Assembly (NCBI RefSeq): GCF_001194135.2
Contig: NC_068986.1
Location: forward strand, 85,168,745 to 85,232,744
Length of the DNA stretch: 64,000 nucleotides
Direction of reading: 5' to 3'
From: Octopus bimaculoides
Lineage: Eukaryota
In this document: piece after piece, positions 52,241 to 64,000 of the stretch
Layout of the letters: the number at the start of each line of letters is the position of its first letter
Position numbering within the stretch: position 1 is the first letter of the stretch
Translations under genes and position numbers: made by a program
The notes under the pieces: model-generated
Told to the model about the DNA's origin: nothing
Databases searched by the model: none
The model's input: only the letters and a program-made list of their open reading frames with translations

Positions 52241-54618
52241 TTCGCCACCTTGTATAAAATTTAATAAGATAAAGCATTTAATTAGGTGCACTACCTCTTT
52301 CAAGAAAGTACCTTTGTATGAGGTACATAAAATCGATATAATCGATAAGGGTCGTTTATAGAGTAATAAACACTTTATCGGTGATTAAACCTATTGATTT
52401 TCTGAGGTGGCGAAATGGAAAACAGTCAGTGTTGTACGAAGTATTAGAAAGCTGAATGAAGTGAGGTAGATTGATGACTGAAATCAGGGTAGGAGATCAG
52501 GGTGCAATAACTGTGATTGGTCATAAAAGTAAGTAGGGCGGCGATGATGGTAAATGGTGGGGAGACTGCTGATTATGATGATGTTTGTGCTGATGGTGTT
52601 GTTGGTGGTGTTGGTGGTAATGACAACGACAGCGATGGAAGTGACGACGCCAACAACGGACACGATGGTGACAGTGGTGTTGGTGGTATTTTTGACTATG
52701 ATAAAAGTGATGATTGTTATGACTTTGCTAGTTTTTACTATGACAATGACGTGTAATTTTATGATGTTGATAATGATGGCGGCGATGAATGTGTCACAGT
52801 TGCTGCTGCTGCTAATATTGACAGTTACTACGCCTATGATAGAACCATGTGAATTCATCGTATATGGCAAGTGTTAACACAAGTGTCATAAATGCGACCC
52901 AACCTTGAGACATCTAGGGCAGTATGGGTGGTAGTTCAGCCTGTTAAAATTTGAAGCTAAACACCCTTAATTACACCCTACCGTCTTCAGAAAGGAATGA
53001 CATTCTGGACATTAAATTTATATGTGCATGGTAGAATGGTTTGATCATTGATCTGCTGGATAATGGCTGGTCTGGAGCTGAACGTCAGTATGGACATGGC
53101 TACGGTTGGGATGTCTTCGATTCAAGTCTTTGATTATACATTTGCTGGATGAGAAATGACGTTGTTCTAAATAATAATAAAAAAAGCAATATTATATTAT
53201 TCGGTTCGTGTGTGTGTGTGTGTGTATGTGTGTGTGTGAGCATGTACTTAATGAGAAATTATGTGCATACAGAGTCTCTTTGATATCCTGGTGTTCATTG
53301 AAAAAAATAGAGATCAATATATTGATATACAGAGCGGCACTTGAATCTACATGTACATAAAATGTGTAATGCACTAAAACGCATACAAGCATAAATGTGT
53401 AATACACATACATACACGTTCCATTATCTCTTTAGAATCTTTAGTTAATTTGAAACAAAGATGAAATGTGAATGATTAGTGATTGAAATTCAAAGGAAAG
53501 CAACTCAAACCGATACGAAAACAATGATCGTTCATGGATTATTACAGATTGAGAATGGTATAGTTGAAAAATTAAAGACATTAATCAAGAACGGATAACA
53601 TTGCTTAAATGAGTTGGGTGAAAAAAAATATTAATGAATATATTGACATAAACGAGCACAATCACACAAATATTGTATAGGTCGTTACTGGTGGTATGGA
53701 AGGACGATTCCTTGGAAAGTTTTGTACGACTTCACTTTTTGTGAATGTTATTTGAGTAATGCGGTTTTGTTAGAAGGGATATAGCAGTCATCCACGGTGT
53801 CAAGATTGTAAGAATTATTGCTTCTTATCTATATCTTAGCTCTAGAAACTATAGTATTTTATCGAGCAAATGTATGGTTCCAATACGATTCTTTGCTTCA
53901 GCTTGAGTTTCTAAAGGAATGCATGTAGGAATAGAGCCTTGATTTAAAATTGTGTTTATCCAGTGTGAGTTTCGAAGCTGTTTTTCGTCGTATATTTGTA
54001 ATAAATTGGGAAAAGCATATATATATATTATATATATGCTTTGACAAACAGTTAATTCTAGAGATCAGCATCGGTTCCTTTGTTCCGTTGTGATTTTAAA
54101 TCAATTCCTATAATCGTTTTATTTTCGGTTTTTATCTTTTTGACATTCGGAAATTATCTCTGAAGATTATATTCCTTCTGACCGCGCTACTTCTGTTTTC
54201 ACAAACATATTGCAATAAATGTACGTATAAGTATGTGTATTGGTGTGCGTGTGTGTGTAATCACTTGTTGTAGAGATCAAGTTGGCTGGGATTTCAAGTT
54301 CCCCAATCTGCTTTTTCAACTGGTCAAAGATTCTTTATCTATTCGCGTTTCATCAAGATAATATACACCAAGCTTCTACACTCTGTAAATAAATTCTGAA
54401 TTAAATAACTGGATTAAATAAAAGTTATAGGTCGGCAGGGCGGAGTTGTAAACGATAGCTTTAGACAGTTCAGGGTATCTTGAAAATGAACTTTATATGG
54501 TTTTATCGTGAATATCTTAAGGAGAAAAACAACTTATTTTGATGTAATTAGTTTAAATGAATAAAAGCATTGTAGTACATTTAAATTTAATAGGTCTTGA
54601 GAATAAAATATTAAATCA

Positions 54619-54970
54619 GTGTGCATGGCTGTGTGGTAAGAAGTTTGCTTCTCTACCTCATGGTTCCGAGTTCAGTCCCACTGCGTAGCACCTTGGGTAA
54701 GTATCTTCTTGTAGCCTCGGGTCGACCAAAGCTTTGTTAGTGGATTTGGAAACAGAAAAAAAAGCCCGTCGTAATCTTTGTGTGTGTGTCTTTGTGTCGT
54801 ACTTCCCCCACCCACGCATCATCGCTTGATAACCAATGATGGTGTGTTTACGTTCCTTTAGCTTAGCAGTACGGCAAAAGATTCCGATAGAGTAATTACT
54901 AAGCTTACAAATATCAAGCCCTGGGTGCTCCAGCATAGCCGCAATCAAATGAATGGAACAAAAGAAGAAA
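54619..54970 (+). mobile_element. SINE family A, diverged full copy
   Basis: Head ggctgtgtggtaagaagtttgc...gagttcagtcccactgcg; tail ccagcatagccgcaatcaaatgaatggaac. Confidence 0.8.
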
Positions 54971-55161
54971 AGAAAAAAAATGTGTAAAACTCCGTTTGTG
55001 GAAATCTCTTTATATTTAGGCAATCTATATGGAATTTATCGGAAGAAATATTTATTTTTCTCAATTTTCCTGTTGTGTAAATAGTTTTACGTAGTCTATA
55101 TAACTTGAAATAGCTTTTATTGACACATAAAAACAAAAATATTGACACATAAAAGCTTCAT

Positions 55162-55206
<45 letters not shown>

Positions 55207-55288
55207 CTCTCACACACACACATGCACACACACACACATACACACACACACAATATCAATCTTAGCTAAACTATCACCAACTGAAATG

Positions 55289-55810
55289 CGAGGTCTGATC
55301 AATAAGTATCCGGACTGTTGTCATAGTAAGGTAGCTAAATCACGCAGAGTAAAGCTGCCAGGCAAAGATTCACATAAAACTCTGTTGTGCATGCGCAGTA
55401 AGTTTTAATGTTCTAGCGCACTTCCGCTGTTTACAGCTGTGATTGGAAGGAGGGTGTGTAGCCTGTGATCGTCACATTGACCGTGACAGAAAATGTTGTC
55501 ATGACGACACTTGATCAGAGGCCTACGCATAGTTGCAAAAAATGTATGGAGAGAAGTGTATGAGCCGCACACAAGTGTACTAGTGGTTCAGACGTTTCCA
55601 AGATGGCCGAAAAATGTCGCTATTGACGACGAAGGTTCTGGGAGGCCGACAACCAGCAGAACTGAGAAAGACATAGTAGATATGCATGCATCTGTGATGG
55701 GAAATCGTCGAATTACCATCCGCGAGATATCAGAGGATATGCAGGTTAGTTACGGTTCAGTTCAGTCCATTATCACTGAAGATTTCGGTATAAGACGCAT
55801 GTCTACCATG
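55289..55810 (+). mobile_element. Mariner-like transposon, 5' TIR plus HTH part of the transposase, 3'-truncated
   Basis: TIR-like cgaggtctgatcaataagtatccggact; DDEGSGRPTTSRT...NRRITIREISEDMQVSYGSVQSIITEDFGIRRMS. Confidence 0.85.
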
Positions 55811-55930
55811 TCTGTTGAAGAGTGTAGGCTCAAAACATAAGATACTTTTTCATTTTTTCGAGCGTCAAATTAATACACTTGCTTGTTGCTCATACACCTA
55901 TATTCATCTTTTGTTTTTCTATAAATTTCA
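55811..55930. mobile_element. Single arm of the same foldback family as 6435-6724
   Basis: ctgttgaagagtgtaggctcaaaac...cgagcgtcaaattaatacacttgcttgttg aligns with both arms of the 6.5-kb element. Confidence 0.7.
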
Positions 55931-56287
55931 AAGATTATATATATGGTTCATATTAAAGTGGTAGGCAAGCACAAACTTAAATTTGAAATTAGCAGAACGA
56001 CAAGGTAACATGAACTATGTAATCAACTTCATTAGCTTACAGTTGTTTCGCTATAAGACGCAGTGCAATTAGAGCTGAGTGCTTGTGAACAACTTTATAA
56101 ATATTTTTAACATGTATATTGTATTAAAGTCATGTGACCAGTGAGAGAGAGCAGGAGAAATATGGAGTTAGTTATCCTCTGATCCCCTGAACGCTTACAA
56201 CCGAGGGACATTTCGTTGCCGCTTTTTTGGTGTTAGACCGGGCAACGAATTAAATCTTCTTCTCCTCCTCTTCCTCCTCCCCTTCAT

Positions 56288-56332
<45 letters not shown>

Positions 56333-56681
56333 TACAACTGCAGTAGGAGTAATAGCTGCTGCTTCTACTGCATATCACTAACAGACTTGTATTCACGAAC
56401 ATAAAGCAACAATACTGCTGCTGTACCCACGGAACTACCTGAGAAGCATAGTTCTTTGAAAATCAATGTTTTTATTCTCTCCTCTCTTATCTCTCTTTCT
56501 CCCTTCTCTATCTGCTTCTCTCTCCCTTATATGAAGTATTTGTGTATATGCGTACACACACACATGTATATATATATATATATATGTATGTGTATATATA
56601 TACATATATATGTATATATATACACACATATATATATATGTATAAACACACACACACGCACATATATATATATATAAAACC

Positions 56682-56725
<44 letters not shown>

Positions 56726-57634
56726 TGTATATGTTCCTTATGGATTCAAACACTGAGTTGCCGATTTTGACGTATGCAGTATCAAAAGATTCAGAAATTT
56801 CTTGGTTGCAAAATGAAGTATGTTTTTTTGCAAACTCTTTTTCACTACGAAAATAACCTCGAAAATGAGGTTGGGTCACACAATTTTGAGGTCATCTTCG
56901 GATTTGCTTCTAATCTACATTGCCAATTTTAATGTTTTCGGTGTCAAACAAATGTACAGGGTGTATTATGAATGCATTTGTGATGCACAAAATCCTTATT
57001 TGTCAACGGAAAATGACTAAAAAAACATTCTTTTTGGAACAATTATTGGCGCGTTTTCCGTCAATAATGGCTTCTGTGCAACAGCTAAACTGCCAATGTG
57101 AACGTCTTCAGTATTCCATGATTAAACAATGTCTTTGATATATTGTGATACCATTTCTTTGCACAAAGCCCTATTTATCAACAGAAAATTGACTAAAAAA
57201 CCATGTTTTGCCATAATTGTGATCGCTTCTGGAGTTGCTATCGAAAACAATTTGTCCATGTAGATTTTCTTGATAGCAAACGACTCAGGAATGCCAAAGG
57301 AGCGTTCTCAGATTTAAATTCAATAAAATGCCCCTAAGGATTAAGCACATTAAGCGCCTATATTCGTTCAGGTGTGGTAAAGGCGTGAAGCAATGACTAA
57401 AACCTTTCGAGCTGTTTTACTCTTAACATTTTCTCTATATTCATCTCAATTTATACAAGGTTGCTTATCGTTATTAGTATATATTCATACCTATTATTCC
57501 ATAAGCCGTAAAGTTCGTAAGGATTTTGCGACAATTTTCTAATTTTTCACAGTAGTTGAGCATATACTATAGTGCGTGTGGTTTGAAGGTTTGGAGGTGA
57601 TGTACAGAAATTATATAGAAAAAAATTAATTAAG

Positions 57635-57791
57635 GTACTCAGATATCTGGATGTTTGTACATTTACAGATTTTTATTGTCACATATTAAATGAAGCGCTT
57701 TTCACCTAGTCGTGTAGGTTTTTCAAATTGTTTTTAATATGTGACATTAATAAAAATCTGTAAATGTACAAACATCCAGGTTTCTGAGTAC
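57635..57791. repeat. Hairpin: ~56-bp inverted arms with ~40-bp spacer (probable MITE core)
   Basis: gtactcagatatctggatgtttgtacatttacagatttttattgtcacatattaaa vs its reverse complement at 57733-57791; abuts a gap. Confidence 0.85.
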
Positions 57792-58081
57792 NNNNNNNNN
57801 NTGTGTGTGTGTGTGTATAATCTTCACTTGTTTATTGCTGTTATCTCATTCACAGACACACACAGTCATACATACACAAACAAACAAACAAGGACACAAA
57901 CACATGCGCACATAAAGGTACACATCTTAGAAGAACAGAATGGAGTGAGTGGAGCAAGAACATACAAGGGAACCAAAAGTGTCGCTGAAGATGTCACAGA
58001 ACTGTGAGGAAAGATTTCCAGACAATGAACAGGCATCAAAATAATAAAAATAATAACATAATAGTAATAAACGAGTGAAGA

Positions 58082-58113
<32 letters not shown>

Positions 58114-58138
58114 ATAGTGCATGTGTCTTTTTGGCAAA

Positions 58139-58215
<77 letters not shown>

Positions 58216-58217
<2 letters not shown>

Positions 58218-58290
58218 TATGTCTCTTGAGGTCTTTGGGTGAGACTTGGATCCAACTTGTACAAATGCAAAGCAAAAGCCAAACATAAAA
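58216..58290 (+). mobile_element. Probable very short Dong-like 3' UTR fragment inside (TAA)n
   Basis: 75-bp unique insert between TAA arrays, with the same architecture as the other Dong ends and weak similarity to 29770-29833. No coding sequence to confirm it. Confidence 0.4.
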
Positions 58291-60124
58291 TAATAATAAT
58301 AATAACAACAACACAACAACAACAACAATAATAGCAAATGAAATGACAATCCCGAAGTACAGCAGTATGTTTCAACACACAATTTCACGTCAGAAATCTT
58401 TCAAAGTGAACTTATAAATATATATGTATGTGTGTGTGTGAGTAGTATAGGATAGGGATTCAGACAGAAAAATTGTGTGGTTATCATAGAAAGCATCTCT
58501 TACGGACTCGGTAAACAGAGAAGTGTAATGCAGAGAATCTGTGCGGGCTGAAATCCAGAAAAACCGATTGATGAAATTATTTCATGAGGAGTATTTAAAC
58601 CATAAAAGTCAGGAGGCATGCCAGGTTAATAAATATTTATTCAAGCAAGTACAATGCGCTGGGTTACGACCGTTTCATAACCTTTACCATGTAGTTTAAA
58701 TTTCAGTGAGAAATAAATTATGCATACTTGTCTACATTAATATTCGGGCACAGCATTATACTATACATTTATATATTCACAAGTCAATGCAAGTAAAGAA
58801 AGCTAGCTCATCACTTCAGATCATCATGCTAACACCAACAATTCAACGCTCAAACTTTATGGCTTATATGCTTTATATACTTCTCATGAATATGCAATTG
58901 AATTGTATAATGCCGTGCATGTACATTACTGCAAATATATACGCATAATTTCTTACACACTGAAACTTATAGCACATCAAGAAGATTGCGAAACGACCGT
59001 ATCTCAACGGATTCTCGAGCTTAAGTAAATATATATTCACATTTTATATCTTCTGGCTTTTATTGGTTATATATATATATATATNNNNNNNNNNCCGCTT
59101 CATCTCCCTGTATAGAGTTTTCTAGATTCGAGAAACCCTGCCACCACCTTCCTAGCTACGCTACTGGGTTACCCAACTCGTTCTTTTCGTTGAGTTGCTC
59201 CGATGCTCAGGAAAGATCTCCCGCACGTTCCTTCAGAACTAACACCGGTTCTTTACCAGCAAGTACTGATGTTCCACTACGCATCATCATACGTCTCTTT
59301 TGTTTGTTTGTTTGTTTTCTTTCTTTTTCTTTTTTTTACATATAATCCTAAGTTATATCGTCAACAACTTTTTGCCATTAGACGATATAGTCTTCTACAC
59401 TCTCATAAATAAAGAAAAAAGAAAACGCAAAATCTGTTACTTAACGATAGCTTACAGAAGCTGGAAAAATTGTTTTCAAATCGCGATTGTAAAATGTTTT
59501 TCAGAAGAATATGTACGAGTGTAACACACACAGGTACACACGCGCACACACACATATCTGTGTATGTGTGTATATAAATATATGTGTGCGTGTGTGTACA
59601 TGTATGTATGTATGTATGTATGCATGTCTGTATGTATGAATATATCTATGCATGTATGCATGTATGGATATACATATATATAACAGTATATATATATATT
59701 GTTTGTACATATATATATATATATATGTTTGTATGTATGTATGTAGATTGATAAATAGATATATACATACAAATATCATACATACTTATATGTTAAATTG
59801 TATATGTATGTATATGTATGTATGTATGTATGTGTATATATATGTATGTATGTGTGTGTGTGTATGTATTCCACAACCGTCTCTATATAGAGATACTGAT
59901 CTGACGGAGAGTTGTGCGAAGGCGGCGCTGGTGGTGTCGGTTTGTTTACATTCTTATCGGTCTCCATACCAGTTTTTGGGTGTTTTTTTATTATTTTTAA
60001 TATAGACAAGAAAAATGACTAGCATCACGGGAATCGGGATATCGATTGCTATCTTTCACAGCTATTTTTCCCCCGTCTTTTGCTTTTTTTTTTTTTTTTT
60101 TGGTCCTTGACAAGATGTTTGTTG

Positions 60125-60449
60125 CCGCAAATGTTTAACTGCGAAGTAACTTATGCCTGGGTGAGATTCGACCCAGGATCTCTTCAATTGCTTCGTGTCC
60201 TTGAGCAAGACAATGTATTTCCCGTTGCTCAATGCACTGAGCAAGTAAAAATGAGTTGTGACTCTATTTCAAAGGGCTGACCTTGTTGCGTTCTGTGTCA
60301 CGCTGAATCTCCCTGAGAACTATGTTAAGTGTACACTTGTCTGTGGAGTACTCAGCCACTTGATCGTTAATTTCACGAGCAGGCTGTTCCATTGATCAGA
60401 TCAACTGGAACACTCGTCGTTGTAAACGACGGAGTGCCAACAACAACAA
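60125..60449 (+). mobile_element. tRNA-derived SINE family C (central gtgtccttgagcaagac...ttgctc domain, (CAA)n tail)
   Basis: B-box-like gagattcgaccc; tail gctcgtgaaattaac/ccagttgatc/cgtcgttgtaaacgacggagtgcc shared with 5990-6100. Confidence 0.75.
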
Positions 60450-60451
60450 TA

Positions 60452-61200
60452 CGAGGTGGTATCAAAAAGTTCTTCCACTAGTTATGTCTAATAAAAAATA
60501 ACTTATTAACCTAAGTTTTAGCATCGTCACCTAGAAATACACCGGTCCCTGTGTTCCTATCAATTTTGGAATCAGACTTGGAAGTTGTTTACCATGTGTC
60601 GAAGACCTTCTGCAGTTCGCTGTGAATTTCGACAAAAGTTTTAAAATGGCCACCTTTGCTGCATTTTCATCTTGGAGAAGAGATGGAAGTTTGCAGGTGC
60701 TCAGTCTGGTGAATCGGGTAGGTGTTGAATTGATACCATGTTGTTTTTGGAGAGAAACTCACGAGTGAGAAGATCTCGGTGACAGGATGCATTGTCGTCG
60801 TGAAGAATCCAATTCTTCGCGCTGCACAGATCCGTTCTCTTTCGCCGAATGTCCTCCCTCAAACGCTTCAAAACGTCGTTCATTGTCCTCAGACGATCCT
60901 CATGCATAAGCTGATGAATATTCTCTAATGAATATTCTATGAGATGACACTCGTAGCAGGTCATCCAGATCGCTCGTTGTCTTCCAGGGACGTTTTTGAA
61001 CGGCCTGTGCTACTCGAAACGTTGCGTACGGCCCACTGCCTTGCCACCGTAAGATTACCGAAGAACGTTCAATGTCTCTGAAGCAGACTTCGCGAGTTTA
61101 ACGCAAAATTTCATGTTAAACCTTTGTTCCTATCCATGACAAAATCGCTGACTACAGCATATCGCAAAAACGCAAATTTTACAACTTATGAAGTAAGCAC
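60452..61200 (-). mobile_element. Internally deleted mariner-like transposon
   Basis: TA then cgaggtggtatcaaaaagttc terminus at 60450; minus strand WILHDDNASCH...HLPDSPD*AP (YSPDLAP-like) joined directly to an LEDNERSG-like HTH segment; second TIR not seen. Confidence 0.8.
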
Positions 61201-61329
61201 AGCGATGTCACCCGGCACACTGTCTCTTGAAGGTCACTGCTAGCTCTCACTGCTCACGCTGAACTGCCCCAAGTTCCCCTATAAATTTGACACTGTAGGG
61301 TGGCCACAGTTGAGAGCTGTGGTCCAACG

Positions 61330-62060
61330 GCTGAGTATAAATGTCCTCCATTGAATCAGCATAAATTCCTGGTCCCTTGTTCTGAAGGTTCTCAGAATCC
61401 ATCAGGCCATTCGCCTGCACACTGCCACCATTTTGGTGATATGCATGTGAAATGAAGTATCGTTGCTCATATCAAACTCCAGATCATGCACTGCGTGATT
61501 TTAGGGTTGCTACTACTTTTGGTCTAAAGTATTGTTGTTGTGGCTTCTGAGCACCAATTATCTGGTAGCGATGGGCTTGGAATTTACCTGATGTTCTTCA
61601 TCTCATTTATATAGGTCTTTCTGTGATTTAGCATCAGAAGATTACTTGACTGCTCGTACTTCTTCTGTGTTGTCGGCATAGCTAGTTTTGTAGCTGTCTG
61701 TGCAACTGGTTGCAAGTCTGAAAAAGCCATGAACAGCAGCGGCCCCAGTACAGTAATCTGAGGCACTCCACTCCCTATTATTGTCTCCTTGGAGAGGGTT
61801 CCATTGGCTGCCACAGCCTGGCTTCCGTCTTTTCAGAAGTCATGCAACCAGTCTCCCAGTTTCCCGGCTATGGCAAGTCTCCGTAGTTTGTGATATATCA
61901 TCCAATGATCAACCTTATCAAAGAACTTTACAAAATCGAGATATATCACATCCACATTTGAGCGATTCATTAATTGTTTCAACGCCAAGTCATAATGCTA
62001 CAAAAGCTGTGTAAGGCAGCTTCTTCCTGAATGTGCTTGTGCCATATTTTGCCCTCTTTG
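61330..62060 (-). mobile_element. CR1/L2-type LINE reverse-transcriptase fragment
   Basis: VDVIYLDFVKFFDKVDH (~61905-61955) and SGVPQITVLGPLLF (~61735-61780) on the minus strand, frameshifted. Confidence 0.8.
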
Positions 62061-62547
62061 CCATATCCTTTATGTATGCGGTGAATATTTCTTCTGAGTA
62101 TGTGATAGTTTATGTCTTTTGATGCATTTGCTGTTCTCGGACATTATTAGCAAAAATTAGATGGTGGAGATTTTTTAATATCATGCTTTGAAACAATATT
62201 TCTAGTTGCTATATATTTGGTTCGTGTACTCTTTCATCAATCACTGGATAATTCTGGGACTGACGACGAAGTTATCTGTATATGAGGCTTTGGGTTTTGT
62301 TTCGAGAAATTGAGCCTAAGTCTATCTTTCATCATGGACGGAGGGTAGACATATCGGCTCCCATGTAAGTTGCATGTTTCACCTCTTAAAATACCTATTT
62401 TGTTTTTAAATTTTGTATAAGTTGTGTATAACACAAAATACTTCGTGAACATATATTTTTCAAATCGGAAATAGCTCTATTTAGAGCCTTATTTCCAAAA
62501 ATTCTAACACATCTTCCTCGTTCCTAGCCATATTCTGTAAAACGAAT

Positions 62548-64000
62548 ATGGCTATGGTATACAACAAGGCCGATTTCCCGCCTCTAATGCCAGAGGCGAA
62601 AGAACTTAATGCCGTTCCGCATGAACGCAGACAGGTGGTGGAGAAGAGCAATGATTGTGAATCTACTGCTGCTGCCTCAACCACCATCACTACCACCATC
62701 ACGTGTAAAAACTCTGCTGCTACAGCAGTCTTGCCTGCCACCGTCACCAGTGAAAACAACAACAACAATAACAATAACAACAACAACAACAGCAACAACA
62801 AGGACACAAATGTCCTTGCTAACAAAACCACTGTCCTCACCACTGATACCACCACTACCGTCACCACCACCANNNNNNNNNNNNNNNNNNNNNNNNNNNN
62901 NNNNNNNNNNNNNNNNNNNNNNNNNNNNNNNNNNNNNNNNNNNNNNNNNNNNNNNNNNNNNNNNNNNNNNNNNNNNNNNNNNNNNNNNNNNNNNNNNNNN
63001 NNNNNNNNNNNNNNNNNNNNNNNNNNNNNNNNNNNNNNNNNNNNNNNNNNNNNNNNNNNNNNNNNNNNNNNNNNNNNNNNNNNNNNNNNNNNNNNNNNNN
63101 NNNNNNNNNNNNNNNNNNNNNNNNNNNNNNNNNNNNNNNNNNNNNNNNNNNNNNNNNNNNNNNNNNNNNNNNNNNNNNNNNNNNNNNNNAAGCCCAGAAA
63201 AAGAATATTGAATATATCGAAAGAGAAATTACTCGCATGCAAAAGCATGCTAAGTAAAAAGGACGTTGCAGTCCATCTTCAAACACCTGCAGACTTTAAA
63301 ATAAACATAGAAAAAAAAAACTATCACGTACAGAACCATAAATATAAAGACAAAGACACCGGAAAAATTCACTCAAGAAAAGGTTGAGAGTTACCTAAAG
63401 CCCCTATGGTCTTATAAAACTTACATAACGAGAGGAACGAAGTTCGCAACAATAGAGGTAAGACTCGACAGCGAGCAGCGAGCCAAGTCTTTACAACATG
63501 AGAACCTGCTCATGATCCCTACGTACCTTGGTCGTAGGGATACGAAAATAAAGATTTCGAATGTGCCTCCTGAAATTGAGGAAGAATGGCTCGTCTCTGC
63601 CATATGTCTCGTCATAGAGTAAGAAATAAACATTTTAGAAGCATCTGCCGTGTACAATGAAAACTGGATTGGCCAGGAATTTCAACTCCTGGTACAAGTT
63701 GATCCAGTTTGCTACGTTTGTAGTAGCAAAACTCACCTTCGAAACACATGCCCAGTAGCCCAGGAGCAAAGGCAACAACAACGTCAACAATTCCAAGAAA
63801 GACAACAACAACAACAACCACAAGAAAACCAAAAGCACAAGAAAAAACAGCATTACTGCCTACACCGCCATATGCACAACTGGTCAAGCAGCTGTACAAC
63901 GAAATGGAGAATCGTCAGCAGCCAGCAACCCAGCCGAACCAAACAACAACACCACCAGTACCACCAAGAACAGAATCAGCACCATCACCACCACCACCAA
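62548..64000 (+). mobile_element. L1/Tx1-type ORF1 (gag-like) remnant with zinc knuckle, running off the window
   Basis: Low-complexity N-terminus; RGTKFATIEVR...IPTYLGRRDTKIKISNVPPEIEEEWL; CX2CX4HX4C knuckle CYVCSSKTHLRNTC at 63710-63751; stops and frameshifts; Gln/Thr-rich tail. Confidence 0.7.

Noticed and set aside
12385-54970. All five SINE family A copies lie on the + strand
   Set aside because: n=5 is too small (two-sided chance 1 in 16), and family B occurs in both orientations.
2120-60449. tRNA-like A/B boxes at several sites
   Set aside because: All are followed by SINE bodies and are degenerate; no bona fide tRNA gene could be folded.
1-64000. CRISPR arrays or prokaryotic operon-type systems
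   Set aside because: No constant-repeat/unique-spacer array and no dense ORF organisation; the DNA is clearly eukaryotic.

Overview
Eukaryotic, AT-rich, microsatellite-saturated draft-assembly DNA with many N gaps. The composition and the SINE/LINE repertoire suggest a cephalopod (Octopus-like) genome; this is inference, not a database match. Only one host coding feature is supported: a first coding exon (43257-43600, +) encoding a probable signal peptide and the N-terminal SxxK region of a serine beta-lactamase/PBP-like protein. Its next exon was not found in the 20 kb downstream. The rest is mobile-element relics: an RTE LINE, a chain of (TAA)n-embedded R4/Dong RLE-type LINEs, L1/Tx1 ORF1 and ORF2 pieces, a CR1-type RT fragment, two mariner remnants, a possible very old Ty3/gypsy relic, several tRNA-derived SINE families and MITEs. 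The less ordinary observations are: foldback elements whose arms carry degenerate minimal hammerhead-ribozyme-like motifs; a 2.1-kb palindrome; a TIR element with an 8-bp TSD that carries telomeric repeats; a perfect 38-bp hairpin inside a LINE 3' end; and a repeat-unique-repeat unit sitting in a TAA array. Nearly all ORFs in the supplied track are microsatellite or gap artefacts.
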